Source: an uncultured Clostridia bacterium (GTDB taxonomy: Bacteria > Bacillota > Clostridia > Christensenellales > UBA1242). Taken from it: DNA of 64,000 nt. A program made the translations under genes and the position numbers. The DNA is taken from the NCBI GenBank assembly GCA_944383295.1, contig CALWOW010000039.1, forward strand, positions 10,015 to 74,014. The letters are read 5' to 3'. A model generated the notes under the pieces. The model saw only the letters and a list, made by a program, of their open reading frames with translations. It did no database searches and had not been told where the DNA came from. Positions 10,356 to 18,368 of this stretch are shown here, piece after piece (position 1 is the stretch's first letter; each line of letters opens with the position of its first letter).

Positions 10356-10384
10356 ATTATAAATCTTTTCTACCATTATGTCAA
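10356..10384 (-). promoter_or_regulatory. Sigma-A promoter of the thrS T-box leader
   Basis: TTGACA (10384..10379), a 17-nt spacer, then TATAAT (10361..10356) on the minus strand. Confidence 0.8.
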
Positions 10385-10398
10385 TAAAAAAATAAAAA

Positions 10399-11142
10399 TT
10401 AACCTAATTCAACTCTATCTTCAAATACAGAACGAACTAAATTAATGATTTCAAAATTGCTTTCATCAGTATGTATTTTTATTAAATATGGGTTTAATTC
10501 TATTAATTTTGCCAAAACACCGAAATTATCATTTATATCTATTGAAGTTATTATATCAAAATCATTTTGTGTATCGTGATAAATTAAGCATTTGTCGTGC
10601 AATTCTAAGATTACACTTTGGCACTTTGAATCAATGCTTTGTAACAAAAATTTAAGTAGTTCTACAAAATTATCTTTCTTTAAAATTGTAATTATATTTT
10701 GATTAGTCAAATCACACAATTCTTGCCATTTATTTAGTAAATTGTGTAGCTTAAAAAACAAAAAACTTTTAAGATTAATTTTTTTGTCTTTTAAATCGAG
10801 TGCACGCAAAACAATTTGACGCTCGAGCTCTCTATCAAAATAAGTACAAACCTTTACAAAGGTATTAAATAAATTACTTTGATTTTGCGGTAAAATTAAA
10901 TTATTTTCCATAAAACGCTGTTTCATTTTTTCGCAAATAACATCACATATCAAAAGGCGTAAATGCGCTTTTATTTCGGGAGTTTTTTCTTGCTTTGCAC
11001 CAATAGATAAAAAAAGGCTATCTCCGTTTGTGATTAATGCCATAACGCCATCATTTTTTCTAATAACTTCACCTAAATTTTTTTGTATGTATTTTAGCAA
11101 ATCTTGGTTTTCCAAGTCGCAAACTATTTCGAACTCCCACAT
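10399..11142 (-). CDS. Hypothetical protein, possibly YtxC-like
   Basis: 247 aa from the ATG at 11142 (AAAGGAG 5 nt upstream; the tracked start at 11196 has no RBS). It sits immediately upstream of the thrS T-box, as ytxC does in Bacillus, and has loosely similar helical F..F.L...W...ELLKFL patterns. I recognise no firm motif. Confidence 0.35.
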   Translation of the reverse strand: MWEFEIVCDLENQDLLKYIQKNLGEVIRKNDGVMALITNGDSLFLSIGAKQEKTPEIKAHLRLLICDVICEKMKQRFMENNLILPQNQSNLFNTFVKVCTYFDRELERQIVLRALDLKDKKINLKSFLFFKLHNLLNKWQELCDLTNQNIITILKKDNFVELLKFLLQSIDSKCQSVILELHDKCLIYHDTQNDFDIITSIDINDNFGVLAKLIELNPYLIKIHTDESNFEIINLVRSVFEDRVELG

Positions 11143-11244
11143 ACACGCTCCTTTAATCAAAGCATAGTGTATGCAATTTTTTAATTTAATACACATTAAA
11201 TAAAATTTTTACGAAACAAAAAAAGAAGCAATTTTTACTTCTTT

Positions 11245-11772
11245 TTATATATAAGTAGTGCCATTAAACCAAGTTTCTTGGGAGATGGAATTGAAACGCA
11301 CCGTTACATCTAAAGATGTCAAATTTTCTGGCGCAATAAATGATATAACTCCGGAATTTGTAGATGGAGTAACATTTTTTGAACTTCCATCTCCAAATGA
11401 ATATGATAAAATAATTGTTGTAGTTGAATATGTAGGTAAATTTAGCTTTAAGATATATGAATTTCCTATAGTTAAAGAATAACTACTACTACCACTGTCT
11501 AAACTCAAAGCTTCACTAGCGACAGTGACACCACTTGCGTCTGTCAATGAAAAATTAACTTTTACGGTTGGATAAGTTTCTCCATAAATAAAATCAATTT
11601 TATTTTCATCTTCATCAACACTCCTAAAATCTGACACATTCAAAGTAAAGGTTGGCGTGCTTGTGTCTGCTTTTAAATTTGAATTTGACACATATAAAAC
11701 TGAGAACATTACCAAAAACAAAGCAGTTATTGTAATCATAACATAATTTGCTATTTTTATAGACTTTACCAT
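11245..11772 (-). CDS. Hypothetical membrane-anchored or secreted beta-rich protein
   Basis: 175 aa. One N-terminal hydrophobic helix (YVMITITALFLVMFSVLYV) followed by a Ser/Thr-rich, beta-strand-like sequence. Monocistronic between hairpins; no recognisable family. Confidence 0.5.
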   Translation of the reverse strand: MVKSIKIANYVMITITALFLVMFSVLYVSNSNLKADTSTPTFTLNVSDFRSVDEDENKIDFIYGETYPTVKVNFSLTDASGVTVASEALSLDSGSSSYSLTIGNSYILKLNLPTYSTTTIILSYSFGDGSSKNVTPSTNSGVISFIAPENLTSLDVTVRFNSISQETWFNGTTYI

Positions 11773-11854
11773 TTCATCGCTCCTAAATACCCTTTGTTAT
11801 TATTATAACTAAATTTTTAAAAATAATCAAACATTTTAACATAAAATTTACAAC

Positions 11855-11886
11855 AATATAAAAAGATGCTAAAATTAGCATCTTTA
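11855..11886 (-). terminator. Intrinsic terminator after rubrerythrin
   Basis: Arms AAGATGCTA (11863..11871) and TAGCATCTT (11876..11884), followed on the minus strand by a T-run. Confidence 0.7.
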
Positions 11887-11888
11887 AT

Positions 11889-12440
11889 TTAATAATCTTT
11901 TTTAAGCAAAGCATAATATGCTTTAGGGTGCTTACATACAGGGCATTCTTCTGGTGGCTCTTTACCGAAATAGTGGTTGCCACAATTTAAACATACCCAT
12001 TCCATCTCATCAACACGAGCAAAAACCTCACCTGTTTTTATATTTGCAAGTAAGTCTTTGTAGCGTTGTTCGTGAGTTTTTTCTATCGCTGCAACACCTT
12101 CAAACAAATTAGCGATTTCAGGGAAACCTTCTTCACGAGCTGTTTTAGCAAAACGAGCATACATATCTACCCATTCGTAATTTTCGCCTTCAGCAGCCCA
12201 TTCAAGACATTGCTCTGTAGTCCCCATTCCGTGGAAAAGCTTAAACCAAATTTTTGCATGTTCTTTTTCATTATTAGCTGTTTCAGTAAAATAATTAGCT
12301 ATTTGAACAAAGCCTTCTTTTTTTGCTATTGAAGCAAAATAATCATATTTGTTACGTGCTTGACTCTCGCCAGCGAATGCTTCCATAAGATTTTTCTCTG
12401 TTTGAGTTCCTTTTAAAGCCTCAATCTTTTTTAATTCCAT
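11889..12440 (-). CDS. rbr: Rubrerythrin
   Basis: Ferritin-like diiron region ([13 protein letters not shown]..., [19 protein letters not shown]) plus a C-terminal rubredoxin-like CLNCG...CPVCKHP. Confidence 0.92.
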   Translation of the reverse strand: MELKKIEALKGTQTEKNLMEAFAGESQARNKYDYFASIAKKEGFVQIANYFTETANNEKEHAKIWFKLFHGMGTTEQCLEWAAEGENYEWVDMYARFAKTAREEGFPEIANLFEGVAAIEKTHEQRYKDLLANIKTGEVFARVDEMEWVCLNCGNHYFGKEPPEECPVCKHPKAYYALLKKDY

Positions 12441-12451
12441 TCTAAATCTCC

Positions 12452-12498
12452 TTTCGTAAAGTTTCGTAAATTATAGCAGATTTTTAAGTATTAAGCAA
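12452..12498 (-). promoter_or_regulatory. Rubrerythrin promoter with a tandem direct repeat over the transcription start
   Basis: Minus strand: TTGCTT (12498..12493), a 17-nt spacer, TATAAT (12475..12470), followed directly by TTTACGAAAC-TTTACGAAAG (12470..12452) and the RBS GGAG. Confidence 0.6.
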
Positions 12499-12518
12499 TT
12501 AATTTTAAATGCTTAATA

Positions 12519-13796
12519 TTATTTTTTCCAAATCTTTTTACGTTTAAAATCTTTTTCCCTACCATTTTGACTAGGTTTATAATAAACCCTATCTTGTAAT
12601 CCATCTGGCATATACTGTTGATAAACATACCCACCAAAATCATGAGGATATTTATATTTAGGGGCGTTTTTATGGATATGATAATTTTTTAAATGTTCAG
12701 GTACTAAATCATTCCTTGAATTTTTAGCATCTTCTTTCGCCATTTCTAACGCAGTTATTACGCTATTTGATTTCGGTGCTTCGCATACATAAATTATAGC
12801 ATGAGTTAAAGGAATATTACCCTCAGGCATTCCTAAATTTTTGACAGCAACCAAAGCGCAGGTTGCTAATAGTAAAGCATTGCTATCAGCCATTCCTACA
12901 TCTTCGCTAGCATGAGCCATTAAGCGCCTTGCAATAATTAAGGGATCACAACCCGCTTCAATTAATCGATTAGCCCAAAACAATCCAGCCTCAGCATCAC
13001 TTCCCCTTAAACTTTTACAAAAAGCGGATAACATATCATAAAAAATATTTTCATCCACACTCAATGCTTTTGATTGAATAGATTGTTCTGCAACAGTTTT
13101 ATCAATTACTATAACCCCATCTTTGTCTAACGGCGTTGTTTTACTTGCTAACTCCAACGCACCTAATGCTGTTCGCAAATCTCCACCGCAAGCCCATGCA
13201 TAGTGTTTTTTCGCCTCTTCAGTTAGATTTATTTTCAACTTGCCCAAGCCTTTTTCTTTATCGTTGACTGCATTCTCTAATGCTTTTATAATATTTTCTT
13301 CGGATAAAGGTTTAAATTGAAAAATTCTACATCTTGAAACAATAGCAGGAGTCATTGAAAACTGCGGATTTTCAGCAGTTGAACCAATAAAAATTATACA
13401 GCCTTCTTCAATAGCCGATAGCACACTGTCACTTTGTGCTTTATTCCAACGGTGACATTCATCCAACAATAGATAAGTAGGTTTGCCAAACATTTGAAAA
13501 TCTTGTCTAGCATCTTCAATTACTTTCTTTGCATCGGCAACCCCACTTGAAACTGCATTTAATTTTACAAATTTAGAATGTGTAGTTTGTGTTATTATAT
13601 TTGCTAATGTAGTTTTGCCCGTTCCAGGAGGTCCCCAAAAAATACAACTCCCCAACATATCGCCCATTATTGCTCTGCGTAATAAACTGTTTTTACCCAC
13701 AATATGTTCTTGCCCTACAAATTCATCAAGTGTATTAGGTCTCATTCGCTCGTAAAGGGGCGCATTTTGTTTTGTGTTTTGCTCAAATAAATTCAT
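12519..13796 (-). CDS. rarA: Replication-associated recombination protein A (RarA/MgsA AAA+ ATPase)
   Basis: Walker A GPPGTGKTTLA, Walker B LLLDECHRWNK, and a MgsA C-terminal helical domain. I place the start at the ATG at 13796 (AAAGAGG 5 nt upstream). Confidence 0.92.
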   Translation of the reverse strand: MNLFEQNTKQNAPLYERMRPNTLDEFVGQEHIVGKNSLLRRAIMGDMLGSCIFWGPPGTGKTTLANIITQTTHSKFVKLNAVSSGVADAKKVIEDARQDFQMFGKPTYLLLDECHRWNKAQSDSVLSAIEEGCIIFIGSTAENPQFSMTPAIVSRCRIFQFKPLSEENIIKALENAVNDKEKGLGKLKINLTEEAKKHYAWACGGDLRTALGALELASKTTPLDKDGVIVIDKTVAEQSIQSKALSVDENIFYDMLSAFCKSLRGSDAEAGLFWANRLIEAGCDPLIIARRLMAHASEDVGMADSNALLLATCALVAVKNLGMPEGNIPLTHAIIYVCEAPKSNSVITALEMAKEDAKNSRNDLVPEHLKNYHIHKNAPKYKYPHDFGGYVYQQYMPDGLQDRVYYKPSQNGREKDFKRKKIWKK

Positions 13797-13838
13797 TTTA
13801 ACCTCTTTTGTATATTTTATCACATAACTAAAGTAAAA

Positions 13839-15443
13839 TCAACTAACAAATTCAATAAATATTTCAGCGCCAAAGCATTGCAGATTGATAAAATTAACAC
13901 CAGAATAAATAATTCCATCAATCTTCATTTTGGTAGCATTTTTTGCTTTTTGAAAAATTATTTTATGACCTTTCAACCATAAAATACAAGAAAATTCAGC
14001 ATTCTGCCTAATATCAAAAAATAAGGTATTTTCGCATAATCTTAAACCTAAATCTTCAGTAAATATAAATTCGTAGTCTTTGCTTTTTATTTTATTTTTT
14101 TTACTTAAAATCAAATCTAAAATTTTGTTAGATAATTCATTTCCTTTTATCAGTGGTAAAATCTTTTTAAGAAAACAAAAAGCATTACCATTAAAATTTT
14201 TTATCGAGTATTTTGAATTTTCTAATAAAAGTTGCTTTACGCCCATTTCATTCAATATGCTAAACTTTTTAAAAACTTGAACAAAAGTTAAAATCATATT
14301 GCCTATTAAAAACTTTATCTCATTGTTAAAATATTGTAGATGCAACGATTTTACTAACTTATTTATATCAAAAAAATATCCGTGCAACATTAGACGATTG
14401 ATATTTAAAAAAGTACACTTAAGATTTTTTTGATTATACGTTTCTGTTTCAATTCCATATATTAATGGTTCGTTTAAGAATTGATTATCTATAATATCAC
14501 TAAAAAACTTAGTTTGTTCTTTTTGTAAATCTTCAACTAACAAATATTCTTCACTAAATAAGTTAAACCTGCCAACTATATTTTTTACATAATCTATTTC
14601 TAAACTAAAATTGCATAAAATATCTTTAATAATTAATTTATTTTGCTTTTTAGTTATACCTATTAATTTAGATAGCCCAAGTTTAGTTAAATTTATTTTG
14701 CTTACATTTGATTTTTTCTCTAAATTAATATTTGGTAAACCAATTACTTTATTATTACCTGCAAGCAATTTCTTTAGATAATTTTGCTTTAATCTGTTTT
14801 GCGGTTGATTTATATTGTTTATATTTGGAAACCTATAACTATTATCTATGTTAAAATAGCCAAAATATCTTTTTGCTTTAACCATTAAATTAGCTTTATC
14901 ACTTTTCAAATCTATGTTTGCTAATTTAATTTTAGCATAGTCTTTTATCTTTAGTTTAATAGATAATTGATTTTCATTATTTAATAAAATGGCTTCAAAA
15001 TTTTCAAAATAAAGATAATACTTCTTATCAAAACATATATATTTTTTCGCCAAATTTATCTCAAAATCACAATTAGGTTTTTGAAAAGTGAAATCTACTT
15101 CGCCTTTACCTTTAAAGCTCCAACCACTTTTATCAATAAACATTTCTAGATTGGATGATTTTTCGTAATAACGATTTATGTTACAAATTTGTTTTGAGAC
15201 ATTATCTATGTGTAAATTTATTTTTATAAAAATTTTATCCAAAACTAAAAATGTTGCATAGTGCGGTAAGACTATTAAATCAAAGTTGTTTTTGCCGAAT
15301 ATAGTTAAATGATATAATGAAAAATTTCTTTTTGGCCTTAATGCTTTATGTGTGTACAATATAGGTTTTTTTAATAATTTATTTATTGCACAAATATACA
15401 TAAAAACGGCTACTACACTAACTGTTATCAATTCAAATATCAT
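13839..15443 (-). CDS. Hypothetical 534-aa protein with one N-terminal TM helix (orphan)
   Basis: Long uninterrupted ORF rich in K/N/I/F/L. N-terminus MIFELITVSVVAVFMYICAI is hydrophobic. I recognise no catalytic or domain motif. No Shine-Dalgarno before the ATG (…AGTCAATACTACTTAT-ATG). Confidence 0.55.
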   Translation of the reverse strand: MIFELITVSVVAVFMYICAINKLLKKPILYTHKALRPKRNFSLYHLTIFGKNNFDLIVLPHYATFLVLDKIFIKINLHIDNVSKQICNINRYYEKSSNLEMFIDKSGWSFKGKGEVDFTFQKPNCDFEINLAKKYICFDKKYYLYFENFEAILLNNENQLSIKLKIKDYAKIKLANIDLKSDKANLMVKAKRYFGYFNIDNSYRFPNINNINQPQNRLKQNYLKKLLAGNNKVIGLPNINLEKKSNVSKINLTKLGLSKLIGITKKQNKLIIKDILCNFSLEIDYVKNIVGRFNLFSEEYLLVEDLQKEQTKFFSDIIDNQFLNEPLIYGIETETYNQKNLKCTFLNINRLMLHGYFFDINKLVKSLHLQYFNNEIKFLIGNMILTFVQVFKKFSILNEMGVKQLLLENSKYSIKNFNGNAFCFLKKILPLIKGNELSNKILDLILSKKNKIKSKDYEFIFTEDLGLRLCENTLFFDIRQNAEFSCILWLKGHKIIFQKAKNATKMKIDGIIYSGVNFINLQCFGAEIFIEFVS

Positions 15444-15494
15444 ATAAGTAGTATTGACTAAATTTTAAAAAACAAAATTGTAAATATAAATTTA

Positions 15495-15526
15495 ACAAAA
15501 AAAAGAAGTGTGCATAAAGCACACTC
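15495..15526 (-). terminator. Intrinsic terminator after rnpB
   Basis: Minus-strand RNA reads AGUGUGC-UUUAU-GCACACU followed by UCUUUUUUUU. Confidence 0.75.
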
Positions 15527-15530
15527 TCAT

Positions 15531-15928
15531 TAAGTAGCAAGTCTGTAAGCCGAGTTCTGTCGAAGGACGGTCATCTATCTAGGCGTTTTATCGCTAAAAC
15601 GCTCAAGCGATGTATAGCGGGAGTGAGCGGGCAACTCTTTTAAACTCCCTTATCTTGCACAAGGTGGGGTTTACATGGCATGCGGTATCTCTATCGCATC
15701 GGTGGTCTCTTAAACCACCTTTCCAACCTTACCACTAAAACTTTTTGTGAAAAAATAGGAGGTATGATATAAAATCAAAAAACACAAAAATAGACAAATA
15801 AGTGGCGGTATATTTCTGTTGCACTATCCTTGAAGTCGCCTTCACAAGACGTTATCTTGCACCCTGCCCTGCTGTGCTCGGACTTTCCTAATTTACTTTA
15901 CGTAAATTCGACCGTCCAACTTGCTACA
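15531..15928 (-). ncRNA. rnpB: RNase P RNA, bacterial type A
   Basis: Minus strand contains GGAAAGUCCGAGC..CAGGGCAGGGUGC, GUGCAACAGAAAUAUACCGCC, GGUAAGGUUGGAAAGGUGGUUUAAGAGACCACC, GUAAACCCCACC, and CGACAGAACUCGGCUUACAG. P1 pairs GUAGCAAGU (15927..15919) with ACUUGCUAC (15542..15534). Confidence 0.93.
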
Positions 15929-15933
15929 GCTTC

Positions 15934-15962
15934 ATTATAACACAAAGTAAAACATTTTTCAA
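15934..15962 (-). promoter_or_regulatory. Sigma-A promoter of rnpB
   Basis: TTGAAA (15962..15957), a 17-nt spacer, then TATAAT (15939..15934). The predicted start falls about 6-7 nt downstream, at the first P1 nucleotide. Confidence 0.8.
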
Positions 15963-16027
15963 TACCCTTTTTAAAATTTTTTTATAAAGGTTATTCGATT
16001 TCTCCCTAATTTATTGACAATACAAAA

Positions 16028-16050
16028 AATAAAAAAGCCGATTGGCTTTT
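16028..16050 (-). terminator. Intrinsic terminator after efp
   Basis: AAAAAAGCC-GAUU-GGCUUUUUU, symmetric, immediately after the efp stop. Confidence 0.7.
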
Positions 16051-16608
16051 TTAGGCACGTTCTACATATTCCCCTGTACGAGTATCAATTTTGATTTTAT
16101 CACCATTACCGATAAACAAAGGAACTTGAACTGTTAAACCTGTTTCCATAGTTGCAGGTTTGAATGAGGTTTTAGAAGTGTCACCTTGAATTGCTGGTTC
16201 AGTGTCTTTAACTTCCAAAATAACAAACAAAGGTGGAACTATTGAAAAAACCTGGTCTTTAAAAAAACGTACTGTTACATTTGTGTTTTCCAACACATAA
16301 GGTAAACATTCTTCAAAAAGTGCTTTGTTGTAAGGAATTTGGTCAAAAGTTTCTGGGTCAAGTAAATAATACAAATCACCATCATTGTATAGATAAGTCA
16401 TTTCTTTTTCAACGAACTGAACTTTTTCAAACTTGTCAGTTGGGTTGAAAGTATTTTCTACATTTGCGCCTGAAGCTACATTACGCATTTTTATCCAAAC
16501 TACTGCACCACCACGACCGTGTTTGTTGTGTTCAAAATCTAGTACAGTGTAAATTTGCCCATTCCATTCAAAGCACATACCTTTTCTTAATTCTGATGCT
16601 GAAATCAT
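16051..16608 (-). CDS. efp: Elongation factor P
   Basis: 185 aa with full EF-P colinearity (…LYNDGDLYYLLDPETFDQI…GDTSKTSFKPATMETGLTVQVPLFI…IDTRTGEYVERA). The loop reads NKHGRGGAV, with Arg32 at the modified-tip position. Confidence 0.95.
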   Translation of the reverse strand: MISASELRKGMCFEWNGQIYTVLDFEHNKHGRGGAVVWIKMRNVASGANVENTFNPTDKFEKVQFVEKEMTYLYNDGDLYYLLDPETFDQIPYNKALFEECLPYVLENTNVTVRFFKDQVFSIVPPLFVILEVKDTEPAIQGDTSKTSFKPATMETGLTVQVPLFIGNGDKIKIDTRTGEYVERA

Positions 16609-16666
16609 AATATTCTCCTTAAAAGTAAATATGGCTTATTTTATCATAAATCACCAAAAAAATCAA

Positions 16667-17512
16667 CTATTTTAAATTAAAATATAAATCACGCATAGTT
16701 TTTGAATCTATCGCTTGTGTGCCATTTGATTCGCTAATAATTACAGGTTCAAGTTTTAATTCCTTAACTGCTTCGAGCATAGGTAAAGGCTCAGGACCAA
16801 ATTGAGAATCTTCAAAAGTTAAATGTTTAATTTCACCTTTTGCTCCATACATAATCTTTGAAAAGTGGATATGACAATCACGCATTTTTTCATATCCTAT
16901 CTTATCTATACCCTTTTGCAATATGACTACAAAATCTTGCTTGTTTTTTAGTTCACCTTGCATTACGCAATTTATATGCCCAAAATCTAATGTCGGTATC
17001 AAATAATCACTCCACGAGCAAATTTCAAAAATTTCATCAACTGTGCCCATTTGCGTATATTTACCCATTGTTTCGGGGCAAAGAAAAACACCGCTTGAAT
17101 TTTTTTCAAATTCCTTTAAAAAAAGTTTAAATGAATTCTTTAAATTATTAAATGCTTCTTCCCTAGTCATTTTCATTTGTGAACCGATATGAAATACACA
17201 ATGCCTACCGCCTAATTTTTTTAAACCTTCAACACTATTCATTAAAAACTTATAATTATTTTCAAATGCTGTGTCGCTATTATTTGCAAAATTAATATAA
17301 TACGGAGCATGTACACTTATTTCAATATCATATTTTTCTGCTTCTGTGCGTATTTTTGTCGCCGTTTTATCACTTACAAATTGTCCTAATGTAAATGAAT
17401 ATTCATAAGCACTTAACCCCATACTGCTCAACCATTGTGGCGCTTGTGCGCTTTCTTTATACCCAGCATCATAAAATGCCTGACTGTTCCCCGAAGGTCC
17501 AAATCTTATCAT
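16667..17512 (-). CDS. AP endonuclease family 2 / xylose-isomerase-like TIM-barrel protein (endonuclease IV-like)
   Basis: 281 aa. MIRFGPSGNS..., HAPYYINFAN, CVFHIGS, and DFGHIN are His/Asp metal-ligand-like motifs typical of Nfo-like TIM barrels. Confidence 0.6.
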   Translation of the reverse strand: MIRFGPSGNSQAFYDAGYKESAQAPQWLSSMGLSAYEYSFTLGQFVSDKTATKIRTEAEKYDIEISVHAPYYINFANNSDTAFENNYKFLMNSVEGLKKLGGRHCVFHIGSQMKMTREEAFNNLKNSFKLFLKEFEKNSSGVFLCPETMGKYTQMGTVDEIFEICSWSDYLIPTLDFGHINCVMQGELKNKQDFVVILQKGIDKIGYEKMRDCHIHFSKIMYGAKGEIKHLTFEDSQFGPEPLPMLEAVKELKLEPVIISESNGTQAIDSKTMRDLYFNLK

Positions 17513-17519
17513 AATTACC

Positions 17520-18368
17520 TCATAACCATATTTTCATCTTTGCAATACCTTGATTATCTATATTACAAATACCAACTAACTCTTTATCAAGATAAAGTCT
17601 ATATAATCCCATTGCTTTATCGAGATAAACCTTTTTGCCGTTTAACAAATCTTTATATGTATCTTCACAAATATCCAACCGTGTTAATTTTTGCAAAACA
17701 ATATCTATTGGTAAAATATTTTTTTCACTTAAATCTTGTATAGAAACGGCATTTTCTAATTTGAAAACATCACACTTTGTCCTTGTTAATGCAACCATAG
17801 TTGCACAACTTCCCAAACTTTGCGCCAAATCTCTACAAAGACTACGAATGTATGTACCACTACCACATTCAATTTCGAAAACAAAGGTATTTTCATCTTT
17901 TTGTTGTAGCAAATCAAATCGTCTAACAAATACCTTACACGGTTTTAATTCTACCTCTTTCCCCTTTCTTGCTAAATCATAAGCCCTAATCCCATTAATA
18001 CTTTTTGCACTGTATTGCGGAGGTAACTGTATAATCTCACCTAGAAATTGAGGTAAAATATTATTTATTTCATCTTTTGTAGGAATTTTGTTAACTTTTA
18101 AAACAATTTCACCAGCACTATCCAAAGTATCTGTTTGATAACCAAATCTAAATTCCGCAACGTAAGTTTTTTCTTTAGATAATAGATAATCAAACAATCT
18201 AGTGGCACGACCTACTGCTATGGGCAACACACCACTTGCTTGAGGATCTAATGTGCCCATATGACCGATTTTATCTTTTTTTGTGAGTTTCAAAGCATTT
18301 TTAACAATAGCAACTATTTTTGCGCTTGAATACCCCACAGGTTTATTAATATTTATAAAGCCTTTCAT
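17520..18368 (-). CDS. truB: tRNA pseudouridine(55) synthase TruB
   Basis: Catalytic motif HMGTLDPQASGVLPIAVG. Lies downstream of rbfA/nrnA, as in Clostridia. Confidence 0.93.
   Translation of the reverse strand: MKGFININKPVGYSSAKIVAIVKNALKLTKKDKIGHMGTLDPQASGVLPIAVGRATRLFDYLLSKEKTYVAEFRFGYQTDTLDSAGEIVLKVNKIPTKDEINNILPQFLGEIIQLPPQYSAKSINGIRAYDLARKGKEVELKPCKVFVRRFDLLQQKDENTFVFEIECGSGTYIRSLCRDLAQSLGSCATMVALTRTKCDVFKLENAVSIQDLSEKNILPIDIVLQKLTRLDICEDTYKDLLNGKKVYLDKAMGLYRLYLDKELVGICNIDNQGIAKMKIWL

Noticed and set aside
11783-11983. 66-aa minus-strand ORF overlapping the rubrerythrin 3' end and its terminator
   Set aside because: It overlaps a confidently called gene in another frame and spans the terminator. 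It has no RBS.
15740-15805. AT-rich block inside rnpB that looks like an insertion, with a plus-strand AGGAGGTATG resembling an RBS plus start
   Set aside because: The putative ORF is only two codons long (ATG ATA TAA). On the RNA strand the block forms a self-complementary extended P12 stem (UUUUUGUG/CACAAAAAG and CCACU/AGUGG), and P12 is a variable helix in type A RNase P RNA.
17435-17982. Plus-strand ORFs 17435..17743 and 17635..17982 across the truB / endonuclease-IV-like junction
   Set aside because: They lie antisense to two well-supported genes, give low-complexity translations and have no RBS.
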